Program-made: the position numbers and the translations under genes
The notes under the pieces: generated by a model
What the model was told of the DNA's origin: nothing
Seen by the model: the letters and a program-made list of their open reading frames with translations, nothing else
Databases searched by the model: none
Shown here: piece after piece, positions 19,499-27,934 of the stretch
How positions within the stretch are numbered: the stretch's first letter is position 1
Layout of the letters: each line of letters begins with the position of its first letter
Source of the DNA: Fidelibacterota bacterium
Lineage (GTDB): Bacteria; Fidelibacterota; Marinisomatia; Marinisomatales; TCS55
Reading direction: 5' to 3'
NCBI GenBank assembly: GCA_034658595.1
Contig: JAYEFG010000010.1
Span: 353 to 64,352 of the forward strand
DNA length: 64,000 nucleotides

Positions 19499-19708
19499 AT
19501 GGCTGATTTCACTTCAACCGTACAAGGTATTGCCAATTCCGTAGTTGGCTTGATCAAAGCTCTTATCGTGATGTTTGTATTTGTAAACATCCTATACTCA
19601 ACGGGGTTTGATCCCATCGGAGGCATTGTAGACTTAGTCGAATCATTCCTAGACGGAGGATTTGCTGGTCTGTTGGCCTTGTTAATTTTTGTTTCTTTCG
19701 CAGGTTAA
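19499..19708 (+). CDS. small two-helix membrane protein, paralog A (unrecognised family)
   Basis: 69 aa with a strong SD AAGGAGG (19486-19492). Two hydrophobic helices. Shares the D-x-GFAGLLAL block with the next ORF. Confidence 0.6.
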   Translation: MADFTSTVQGIANSVVGLIKALIVMFVFVNILYSTGFDPIGGIVDLVESFLDGGFAGLLALLIFVSFAG

Positions 19709-19770
19709 CCAGTAGAATATCGGGGCCTTTATGGCCACCGATCTGCTATAATAATCCTAGGAGATAACAA

Positions 19771-19983
19771 ATGAATAAGGCCTTTGAAGCCGTAACCTCG
19801 TTTATTGGTGATATGACCAGCCTGTTAAAAGGCTTGGTGGTCCTCGGTATCGTGGTCGGCATTCTCTTTGACGACTACTTTGGCGTCATTGCGGGCATAG
19901 GCAGCCTAATGAGTAAATTTGGCGATGCCGGATTTGCAGGCTTGCTTGCTTTGATGCTAATCGTATTTTGGTACAAGAAGTAA
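19771..19983 (+). CDS. small two-helix membrane protein, paralog B (unrecognised family)
   Basis: 70 aa, SD AGGAGA (19759-19764). Aligns without gaps to paralog A at roughly one third identity (hand count 24/69). Confidence 0.6.
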   Translation: MNKAFEAVTSFIGDMTSLLKGLVVLGIVVGILFDDYFGVIAGIGSLMSKFGDAGFAGLLALMLIVFWYKK

Positions 19984-20000
19984 GCGCCAAAAAGTAAGTG

Positions 20001-20040
20001 AAAAAGCGTCCCGCATTTAAATGCGGGACGCTTTTGTTTT
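20001..20040 (+). terminator. rho-independent terminator
   Basis: Perfect palindrome AGCGTCCCGCATTT/AAATGCGGGACGCT (20005-20032) followed by TTTTGTTTT. Confidence 0.9.
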
Positions 20041-20051
20041 ATAGTGTTTTG

Positions 20052-20867
20052 ATGTATAGGAAAAAATATTTAGCCGTCCTTTTATGTGCGACAAGTGTTC
20101 TGCCGGCCGCATTTGAACATACTTTTCTTTCCCCTATGAATGCAGGCCTTGGCCTGAGCTACGTTAATTTTAATCGAAATATTTTAGGAACGATTATGGA
20201 TCCCGCATCTCTAGCTCAAGGAAACCGTATTCAATTCGCTGGACAAACGGGCCGCAGGTTTAACTTAAAACCACTAACCCATCAAAATTTTGTGGGTGGT
20301 TTGCCAACCCGATGGGGGCATTTTGGATTTGGAATCCAAACATTTGGAATGAAACAATATACCGAATCCACTATTTCCATTGCTTTTGGTAAACGGTTAA
20401 AACAACGTGTTCAAGGTGGATTTGCAGTTAATATGTATTCCCTTTCAATTCCTGACTATGGATCGGCTACCTCTGTTGGGATTTCTTTGGCATGGCATAT
20501 AGATTTAAATGGCTGGATTCAATGGGGGACAATTTTACATAATATCAATAAACCTGCAATAGGTGTTACCAAAGATTTTCTACCCCAAATTATTATCACT
20601 GCCTTGTCATTTCATCCAACTAAAAACATATCTACTCAACTTGAGTGGGAACAGGATACAATTTACCAAGGCCACTTAAAAGCAGGTTTCAGCTTTAAAC
20701 CGAGAAAATGGTTAATGGTCCACACTGGATTTGTTTCAGGTACAGGGCAGGTGACCGGCGCAATTGGTCTCAATATTTATCAGTTCAATTTGAATTATGC
20801 TATGGCGAATCATCCAAACCTGGGGCCGTCCCATTGGATGGGGTTTAATATTCCTCTGGGTAAATAA
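20052..20867 (+). CDS. outer-membrane beta-barrel protein, PorQ/PorP-like suspected
   Basis: The track ORF starts at 19998, inside the terminator. I prefer ATG 20052 (MYRKKYLAVLLCATSVLPAAF signal). The FLSPMNAGLGLSY...DPASLAQ block resembles PorV/PorQ N-terminal blocks. Strand-rich sequence. Confidence 0.4.
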   Translation: MYRKKYLAVLLCATSVLPAAFEHTFLSPMNAGLGLSYVNFNRNILGTIMDPASLAQGNRIQFAGQTGRRFNLKPLTHQNFVGGLPTRWGHFGFGIQTFGMKQYTESTISIAFGKRLKQRVQGGFAVNMYSLSIPDYGSATSVGISLAWHIDLNGWIQWGTILHNINKPAIGVTKDFLPQIIITALSFHPTKNISTQLEWEQDTIYQGHLKAGFSFKPRKWLMVHTGFVSGTGQVTGAIGLNIYQFNLNYAMANHPNLGPSHWMGFNIPLGK

Positions 20868-22488
20868 CCCATTCATATCGGCTCAAACTTCTGAAGATAT
20901 CCTGGGGTTACTTCAACAGGACGAGGAGGATGCCATCCATGAGGACGAATTAGTTCTCTTGGATGATATTCTTTCCAGGACATCCGGGGTAAACAAGGAG
21001 GCGCTTCAGGATATGCTGGCGCTTACCTTCTTAAACGAAGAAGATTATGGTCATATTCAAACATCATTACGACAGGCCGATTTCACAGGACTAATTGCTT
21101 CAGATGAGATTTCTTCCCTGTTGAGATTCATCCTTCATTCACTGCGAAATAATAAAGGAATTCCTCACAAAGTTTTTCTGCAGCAGCATACATCAAGAAC
21201 CGATGGAAACCGCTACCGTTGGAGAGCCAGGATGAATACACCCATCCAGGAGATTGGCGCTTTATCGGTGCGAAACCGAGGCTCAATGGATATTTTAGAT
21301 CAGCATAGTTTTTATATTGTTCGAAATACAAATAATGGCCATTGGATTGTGGGAGACCATCAGATGGCATTTGGGTTTGGTCTTGGTTCGGGAAAGCCTT
21401 TTCCCCCAAGGAAGGGATGGAGCACTGTAAATAAAGGCGCTTCAATTTATAAAAATGGTTTAAAAAGTTATAAGTCCTCAACAGGGATAAGTCGAACGCG
21501 GGGATTTGCTGTGGAACAATCTACAACAATCGGTACAATTTCCTTATCCCATGGCCAGACAAATTCAGATATTTACAGAAATAACAGTACCACACAGGGA
21601 GCGTGGCAGTATGGGAATAAATTCATGTCGGTGGGAACTGTCTTTACCCATGGTATTCAATCTGTCTTTGCATCCTATAATCGAGGGCAAGTCCGGACGG
21701 GGGGAGAGATATCATTTGGCAGCGGAACCCCATCAATGGTATTGGGATTTCATTATGGAATCCGGCCATTTAAATATTTGGTTCAATACAGAAATATATA
21801 TGCCCAATCCATGGGATCCATGGGAAATCCAATGGTAGAGTGGCACGGTTCGGAAATTTCGGAAAGGGGGCTGTTCCAGGGAGCATTAATTCGAGTAGGA
21901 AAATCCAGGATTATGATTTACGCTGATGCTTTCCATCATCATCTAAGAAAAATTGATGGATATGAATTTGGGATTCGAAGTGAAACTAAAATGAATCGGC
22001 ACCGCATTGTGTTTCAAATCAAAACTGAAAAAAAGGATTCGGAGAATGAAAGTGTTTATGCGCCCTTGGTTTCTCCCGCTTTTACGAATAAAAATGGCAT
22101 CAAATTGGAACATCGCTATGATGCAAGACTCTGGCGTACTGATGTAAAATATCAATTTGTCCGCGCCGGTGAGATTAAAACAGATCATAGCCATGGGTTG
22201 GATCTTCGCCTTCATTTATTTCGGAACACATATAAAATCGAACTGGACTGGATGGCAGCCCGGGTGGGGTCGTATGATTCAAGGCTGTATTTCTGGGATG
22301 TGAACCTGCCCGGAGAAATGTTGACACGCATGATGGCCCGGACTCACCACAGCCCGGGGGCAAAGATACTTTTTAATTTATCAAATGGTTCCCGCTTAGG
22401 ATTCAAAATTAGGGCGGATTTTGCTCATTTATCCTTGCGCTCAGAATTTGGAATTTCAGGTGGAATATTTATTCAAGCAGCCCTTTGA
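20797..22488 (+). CDS. large secreted/outer-membrane hypothetical protein
   Basis: 563-aa ORF with a signal-like N-terminus (GWGLIFLWVNNPFISAQ), then an acidic helical region, then a long strand-rich region. The start overlaps the upstream gene by 71 nt and is uncertain. Confidence 0.45.
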   Translation: MLWRIIQTWGRPIGWGLIFLWVNNPFISAQTSEDILGLLQQDEEDAIHEDELVLLDDILSRTSGVNKEALQDMLALTFLNEEDYGHIQTSLRQADFTGLIASDEISSLLRFILHSLRNNKGIPHKVFLQQHTSRTDGNRYRWRARMNTPIQEIGALSVRNRGSMDILDQHSFYIVRNTNNGHWIVGDHQMAFGFGLGSGKPFPPRKGWSTVNKGASIYKNGLKSYKSSTGISRTRGFAVEQSTTIGTISLSHGQTNSDIYRNNSTTQGAWQYGNKFMSVGTVFTHGIQSVFASYNRGQVRTGGEISFGSGTPSMVLGFHYGIRPFKYLVQYRNIYAQSMGSMGNPMVEWHGSEISERGLFQGALIRVGKSRIMIYADAFHHHLRKIDGYEFGIRSETKMNRHRIVFQIKTEKKDSENESVYAPLVSPAFTNKNGIKLEHRYDARLWRTDVKYQFVRAGEIKTDHSHGLDLRLHLFRNTYKIELDWMAARVGSYDSRLYFWDVNLPGEMLTRMMARTHHSPGAKILFNLSNGSRLGFKIRADFAHLSLRSEFGISGGIFIQAAL

Positions 22489-22531
22489 CCGATTGTTGAT
22501 TCCCGCCTCTACCTAAGATAATTTCCAGCCT

Positions 22532-24025
22532 ATGATTCGCCGCACATTTTACAATCTGTTCATCTTAAGCGCCATTTTATCCTTTGGATTTCCCGGCTCT
22601 GTCCGGGTAGTAAACCGCATGGATAACTCCATGGATGATATTGCCACCTTAGATCGCCTGAAGGGAACCTATGTTTCCACCAAGGATGTGTCTCGTATTC
22701 TCGCTAAACGGGATCCTTTTGTGAATGAAGAAAGGGGGAAAATGGTCATATATCTTGGCGATCATCGTATCAAGATATCGGGGAACAGCAGTTATATCCT
22801 GGTGGATGAACAGGTATATCAAATGCCCATGTACGCGATTTGGACGCAGAACGATATTTTCCTGCCTGCCGAATCTTTTTTTGATATTGTAAAACGGACC
22901 ACCCTGCCGGGCATCAGCTATGACCCTCGCCGGAAGGTTTTGGATATTGATATGAAGGAATTTACGATCATTGGTGTACAGATATCCCAAAAAGCCAACG
23001 GCACAATTTTACGGATTCGCACGCGCAATTCATTTCCGGAAGGTAATATAAGCTCTTTTTTTCACGAGAATGGCTGGTTTTATTTAACCATTGCAGGCGG
23101 CCTTGCGGATACAACGGAAATTCGCCGCAGCGATACCCGTGGTGTTGTCCGTAGTGTAGCCGCTGATCAACTTGGCCAGACTGCTCAGCTGGCGTTTCAG
23201 ATGCGTACGAAAGTAGAGAGTCATGAGATTTACCAGGGTAGCGATCCCAGTGAAATTGTGGTCAGCTTGCGTACTTCCATGGATAACAGTGTGGCGCGTA
23301 TTAAAGAAGTAAAGGACCGCTGGAAGCTGGATACAGTTGTACTGGATGCGGGCCACGGTGGGAAAGACCCAGGGACCATGGGAAGAAAGGGAACGAAGGA
23401 AAAAGACATTGCGTTGGATATTGTCAAACGTGTGGGTCTGCTGCTTGAAAAGAATACTAAATTGAAGGTGATTTATACCCGTGAAGAAGATGTTTTTATC
23501 CCCCTTTGGAAGCGCACCAAAATTGCCAATGAATCCAATGGGAAAATGTTTGTCAGCGTTCATTTGAATTCAAACCCTAATAAAACAGCTTATGGCTTTG
23601 AAACTTATTTATTGCGGCCGGGGAAGACAGAAGATGCCATTGAAGTGGCATCCCGGGAGAATGAGGCCATTAAGCTGGAAGATCGCTCAAAAGAAAAATA
23701 TCAGGATCTTTCCGGTGAAAGTTTGATTATGGCCACTATGGCCCAGAGTGTATTTATGAAAGAGAGTGAAGAATTGGCAGCCATGATCCAAATAGAAATG
23801 GGAAAAAAGATAAAATCCAAAAACCGCGGTGTAAAACAGGCCGGTTTCCACGTATTGATCGGCGCCAGTATGCCCAATGTATTGATTGAGGCAGGGTTCT
23901 TAACCAATACGAATGAGGAAAAAAATCTTCGTAATTCTAAGTATCGTCAAAATATCGCCAATTCAATTTATAAGGCGATTGTCAAATTTCGTTATTCCCG
24001 CGAACAATACCTCACAGAAAGTTAA
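22532..24025 (+). CDS. N-acetylmuramoyl-L-alanine amidase (AmiC-like, AMIN domain plus Amidase_3)
   Basis: VVLDAGHGGKDPGTMG, SVHLNS and GVKQAGFHVL motifs in the C-terminal half. The N-terminal ~230 aa are AMIN-like beta domains. Confidence 0.9.
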   Translation: MIRRTFYNLFILSAILSFGFPGSVRVVNRMDNSMDDIATLDRLKGTYVSTKDVSRILAKRDPFVNEERGKMVIYLGDHRIKISGNSSYILVDEQVYQMPMYAIWTQNDIFLPAESFFDIVKRTTLPGISYDPRRKVLDIDMKEFTIIGVQISQKANGTILRIRTRNSFPEGNISSFFHENGWFYLTIAGGLADTTEIRRSDTRGVVRSVAADQLGQTAQLAFQMRTKVESHEIYQGSDPSEIVVSLRTSMDNSVARIKEVKDRWKLDTVVLDAGHGGKDPGTMGRKGTKEKDIALDIVKRVGLLLEKNTKLKVIYTREEDVFIPLWKRTKIANESNGKMFVSVHLNSNPNKTAYGFETYLLRPGKTEDAIEVASRENEAIKLEDRSKEKYQDLSGESLIMATMAQSVFMKESEELAAMIQIEMGKKIKSKNRGVKQAGFHVLIGASMPNVLIEAGFLTNTNEEKNLRNSKYRQNIANSIYKAIVKFRYSREQYLTES

Positions 24026-24175
24026 GTATGTCTCATCGGCCTATTGCCGCCTTTAACTCCGGCTTAGGCCTCCTGACCGAAGATTCATCACAGGGATCGC
24101 TGGAAAATTATGTTACGGATCTGCCGGTATGCTTTAAACGCGTGGCTCGCCGCTTTCTGGGGAGAAAAATAGACC

Positions 24176-25444
24176 ATGTCTCTACCGTCCACCTCAGCTG
24201 ATTTTGGATCACTTTTAGATTATTTATACAACCTCCAGCGGTTAGGCATCAAAGTTGGATTGGAGCATACCCACACATTATTGGATCGGTGTGATAATCC
24301 TCAGAACCAATTCAAATCCATTCATATTGCCGGAACAAACGGGAAAGGATCAACATGTGCTATAGTTGCATCCATTCTCAGGGAATCGGGATTAAATGTC
24401 GGCCTTTACACGTCACCCCATTTGATCTGTTTTAATGAACGGGTTCAGGTGAATGGTCAGCCAATTAAAGATAAGGAAATCGTTAGCTTTGTAGAATTAT
24501 ATCACCCAGATATTGATGAAATCGAATCAACATTTTTCGAAACAACCACCGCTATGGCCTTCCACCACTTTGCGAATTATAACGTAGACGTGGCGGTTGT
24601 TGAAACGGGGTTGGGCGGTCGTTTGGATGCTACCAATGTTTTAAAACCGGATATCACAGTAATTACACCAATCGCATTGGATCATCGTGAAATTTTAGGG
24701 AATGATATTTTAACTATTGCCAGTGAAAAAGGAGGTATTCTTAAAGAATATACACCCTTGATTCTAGGACCCCAGGAAACTGCCGTGCGAGAGCGCCTCT
24801 TACAAATTGCAGGGAAATTAAACGTACCTGTTCTCAACATAAGTCCACCGAATAATATTCGATTGACAGAATTAATTACGGAATTTGATTACAAAAACCA
24901 ATCCTATGAAATTTCATTGCTCGGTAAACACCAGGCACTCAACGCAGCGGTGGGAATAGAAACGGTTCAATCCTTCATCCCCGAGCTAAAGGAATCCGTG
25001 ATTGATTCCGGTTTGAAAAAGGCCAATTGGCCGGGGCGGCTTCAACGAATGAGTCAGGAGTATCCCATCTATTATGATGTTGCTCACAATGCACATGGAT
25101 TGAAATCAATCTTGGAAACCATTCGCAATGTATTTTATCAAAAGCCTATCGGTTTATTTGTTATGAAAGGGGATAAAGAAACAGATTTGGTGGTTCAAAC
25201 TTTGGATAATCAATTCGAACAATTAATTTTAAGCGGATCACAGGAATTGGGTCTACTATCCGGAGCAGATCTTTCACAGCAATTATCAAAGTATGGATTA
25301 AGTAATTTTATTATCATTGATGCATTTCAGGAAGCCCTGGATCGAATTATCGGATTAACCAAAAAAACTGGCCGGCCAACCCTGATTTTGGGGAGTCATT
25401 ATATTGCCAAGGAAGTTTTCAATAAATTTGGTTTTTTATTTTAA
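24176..25444 (+). CDS. folC: bifunctional folylpolyglutamate synthase/dihydrofolate synthase
   Basis: Mur-ligase P-loop IAGTNGKGST, ETGLGGRLDATN, typical length. Confidence 0.9.
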   Translation: MSLPSTSADFGSLLDYLYNLQRLGIKVGLEHTHTLLDRCDNPQNQFKSIHIAGTNGKGSTCAIVASILRESGLNVGLYTSPHLICFNERVQVNGQPIKDKEIVSFVELYHPDIDEIESTFFETTTAMAFHHFANYNVDVAVVETGLGGRLDATNVLKPDITVITPIALDHREILGNDILTIASEKGGILKEYTPLILGPQETAVRERLLQIAGKLNVPVLNISPPNNIRLTELITEFDYKNQSYEISLLGKHQALNAAVGIETVQSFIPELKESVIDSGLKKANWPGRLQRMSQEYPIYYDVAHNAHGLKSILETIRNVFYQKPIGLFVMKGDKETDLVVQTLDNQFEQLILSGSQELGLLSGADLSQQLSKYGLSNFIIIDAFQEALDRIIGLTKKTGRPTLILGSHYIAKEVFNKFGFLF

Positions 25445-25566
25445 ACTAGTGTAATATCCCGCCAGTTGCTTTGCGCTTAGCGCTTTTTATCGCCCCACAA
25501 GGCAATTCCCCGAAAATTTTCAACTACAAAGATTTTTTAAAAGAATTTAATTGAGGTTACTTCTAT

Positions 25567-26814
25567 ATGAATGTTAATGAATTACAAAAACTAAAAATCA
25601 AAGAATTGGCAGATCTTGCTGCGACACTGAATATCGAAAGTTATTCAGGGTTGAATAAGCAGGAGCTTATCGTCAAAATCCTCGAAGCCCAGAATGAAAA
25701 AGAAGGTGGTGTAACCGCTGAAGGTGTCCTGGAGGTTCTCAAGGAAGGATATGGATTTTTACGCAGTCCGGATTTTAACTACCTTCCCGGGCCCGATGAT
25801 ATTTATGTGAGCCCTTCACAAATTAAACGCTTCGGTTTGAGGACCGGCCATGAGGTTTTTGGCCAGATTCGTCAGCCGAAGTCTAAGGAACGTTTTTATG
25901 CCCTCCTTAAAGTGGATAAAGTAAATGGCCACGATCCGGCGGAGATGAAACGGGCGATCTTATTTGATAATCTTACACCCCTTTATCCAGAAGAAAAATT
26001 TAACCTTGAGGTGAACCCTAAAGACTTATCTACCCGCATTATGGATCTTATCTCTCCGGTTGGGAAAGGCCAGCGGGGCCTCATCGTTGCCCAGCCAAAA
26101 ACGGGAAAGACCGTTTTGCTGCAAAAAGTGGCCAATGCTATTTCTAAAAACCACCCTAAGGTAAGACTGATTATTCTCCTGATTGATGAACGCCCGGAAG
26201 AAGTGACAGATATGAAGCGTAATGTAAAGGCCGAGGTTATTAGTTCCACCTTTGATGAACCGCCGGAACGACATGTTGCTGTAGCTGAGATGGTTATCCA
26301 TAAAGCCCGCCGGATGGTAGAGTTTGGCGATGATGTTGTTATCCTGTTAGACAGTATTACCCGTTTGGGACGGGCCCATAATGCTGTAATTCCTCACAGT
26401 GGAAAAATTCTTTCTGGTGGTGTGGACTCCAATGCCCTGAAAAAACCGAAACAATTTTTCGGGGCCGCCCGGAATACGGAAGAAAGCGGCAGCTTAACTA
26501 TTATCGCCACTGCACTGGTTGAAACTGGCAGCCGCATGGATGAAGTTATTTTTGAAGAATTTAAAGGAACCGGTAATATGGAACTTGTTTTGGACCGAAA
26601 ACTCAGCGATCGTCGAATTTATCCATCATTTGACTTAATTCGATCCGGCACAAGGAAAGAAGAACTTCTCTTGGATAAGAAAGTATTAGCTCGCATGTGG
26701 ATCCTCAGAAAACTGCTCAATGAAATGAATGTTATGGAAGCAATGGAGTTTATACAGGACAGAATGCGGCGAACAAAGACCAATGAAGAATTTATGGAAA
26801 CAATGAGCCAATAA
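25567..26814 (+). CDS. rho: transcription termination factor Rho
   Basis: Rho N-terminal domain, RNA-binding GYGFLR, Walker A AQPKTGKT and the C-terminal RecA fold. Confidence 0.97.
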   Translation: MNVNELQKLKIKELADLAATLNIESYSGLNKQELIVKILEAQNEKEGGVTAEGVLEVLKEGYGFLRSPDFNYLPGPDDIYVSPSQIKRFGLRTGHEVFGQIRQPKSKERFYALLKVDKVNGHDPAEMKRAILFDNLTPLYPEEKFNLEVNPKDLSTRIMDLISPVGKGQRGLIVAQPKTGKTVLLQKVANAISKNHPKVRLIILLIDERPEEVTDMKRNVKAEVISSTFDEPPERHVAVAEMVIHKARRMVEFGDDVVILLDSITRLGRAHNAVIPHSGKILSGGVDSNALKKPKQFFGAARNTEESGSLTIIATALVETGSRMDEVIFEEFKGTGNMELVLDRKLSDRRIYPSFDLIRSGTRKEELLLDKKVLARMWILRKLLNEMNVMEAMEFIQDRMRRTKTNEEFMETMSQ

Positions 26815-26868
26815 GCCTAAATTCTAGTATCTTAATTACTCTAGGTGTAGTAACTAAGGAGGATGTAA

Positions 26869-27921
26869 ATGAGTTCTAAATACCCAGAAGTTAAGACAAT
26901 TGCTGTCCGTGTCTTCACGGATAAGCCTGTCCGTAAGACGCCTTACCAGGTAAAAGGCGTCCTGATGAATCAATTCCCTGAAGAGGAAATTGTACCCATG
27001 CTTGATGGATCGTATCGTCAGCAGTTTCTTTATCCGCGTGTGCAGGTAAAGATTTTAAATGAACAAATCTACATTATCGGTATCGGTGAAGGCGTTGATC
27101 CAATTAAATCAATTGCTAAAAAGATGGATTTTATGGATTTTGGCAATATTACGTTTCAAGTTCTGGATAATGAAGTAGAAGAACACGATGATAGGTTTCA
27201 GCCGGTTTCAAAATTGATTCGTTACCGGTTTGTGACACCTTGGGTGGCATTGAATCAAACTACAGGATATCGTTATCGGTTTTTGAATAATGTTGATCGC
27301 GTAAATTTTTTGAACCGTCTCTTAGGCCAGAATATTGTTTTTATGGCGCGGGAAATGGGAATGGAACTGGATGAAAACATCTTCACCAAAGTAACACTAT
27401 CATCGCTTTTTCCCCGCCCGGTGGATGAAAATAATTGGGGCGCGTTTGATGGTGAATTTCGGGCCAACTTTGTATTACCAAATTACTTGGGAATTGGGAA
27501 TGGTATTACACGCGGCTATGGTACCTTGTTCGGGTTATTCAATCCTGAAATGTTCTCCTTTAACGAAGGAGATTTACAGGACTTGGAAGCTCAGGCAGTC
27601 AAAGATGATTTTGATGAAGAATCAAAAATTGCCGAATCGGATTTGCAGGAAATTGATGTTAATAAGGTGCCCCGTCCTAAAAAAATCCCCGGTAAAGATT
27701 TAATGCCAACCAAAAGAAGCAAAAAGGTTTTATCGGAAGAATTCCATATTGAGGAAGATGATGCAGTTTACGAAACACATGTGGTTAAGCCGAATTCTGA
27801 ACCGGAGAATAAATCTGAACTTTCCAAGCCAAAGAAAAAACGTGGTAGAAAACCGAAGAAAGACACTTCTGAAGTAAACTATAATTCGGAAAAATACCAT
27901 AAAAAACAGCATAGCCTTTAA
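26869..27921 (+). CDS. Cas6/RAMP-like protein with low-complexity acidic/basic tail (orphan, no CRISPR context)
   Basis: Strong SD AAGGAGG 6 nt upstream. The glycine-rich loop LGIGNGITRGYGTLFG (nt 27490-27522) fits GxGxxxxxGxG. Strand motifs YPRVQVKILNEQIYIIGIG and IRYRFVTPWVALNQ. The C-terminal ~115 aa are acidic, then Lys/Arg-rich (KPKKKRGRKPKK). Confidence 0.45.
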   Translation: MSSKYPEVKTIAVRVFTDKPVRKTPYQVKGVLMNQFPEEEIVPMLDGSYRQQFLYPRVQVKILNEQIYIIGIGEGVDPIKSIAKKMDFMDFGNITFQVLDNEVEEHDDRFQPVSKLIRYRFVTPWVALNQTTGYRYRFLNNVDRVNFLNRLLGQNIVFMAREMGMELDENIFTKVTLSSLFPRPVDENNWGAFDGEFRANFVLPNYLGIGNGITRGYGTLFGLFNPEMFSFNEGDLQDLEAQAVKDDFDEESKIAESDLQEIDVNKVPRPKKIPGKDLMPTKRSKKVLSEEFHIEEDDAVYETHVVKPNSEPENKSELSKPKKKRGRKPKKDTSEVNYNSEKYHKKQHSL

Positions 27922-27934
27922 ATAAGTACTATTC

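Noticed and set aside
19499-24025. Reading the two small membrane proteins plus the downstream amidase as a holin/antiholin-endolysin lysis cassette
   Set aside because: The amidase is 2.5 kb away behind a strong terminator and two outer-membrane genes. It carries AMIN domains and a signal sequence typical of housekeeping AmiC. No phage genes are nearby.
24028-24201. 57-codon ORF between the amidase and folC. Its N-terminus RPIAAFNSGLGLLT faintly resembles the glutamate racemase (MurI) start IGVFDSGVGGLT.
   Set aside because: The similarity is only about 7 of 12 positions, and the catalytic-region continuation is absent. The ORF overlaps the folC start by 26 nt. This is too short to separate a murI relic from chance.
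25445-25566. Short GCGC-TTA-GCGC hairpin with a T-run after folC, and a long leader before rho
   Set aside because: The 4-bp stem is too weak to call. A long rho leader is expected from known rho autoregulation, and I could not identify specific rut-like features by eye.
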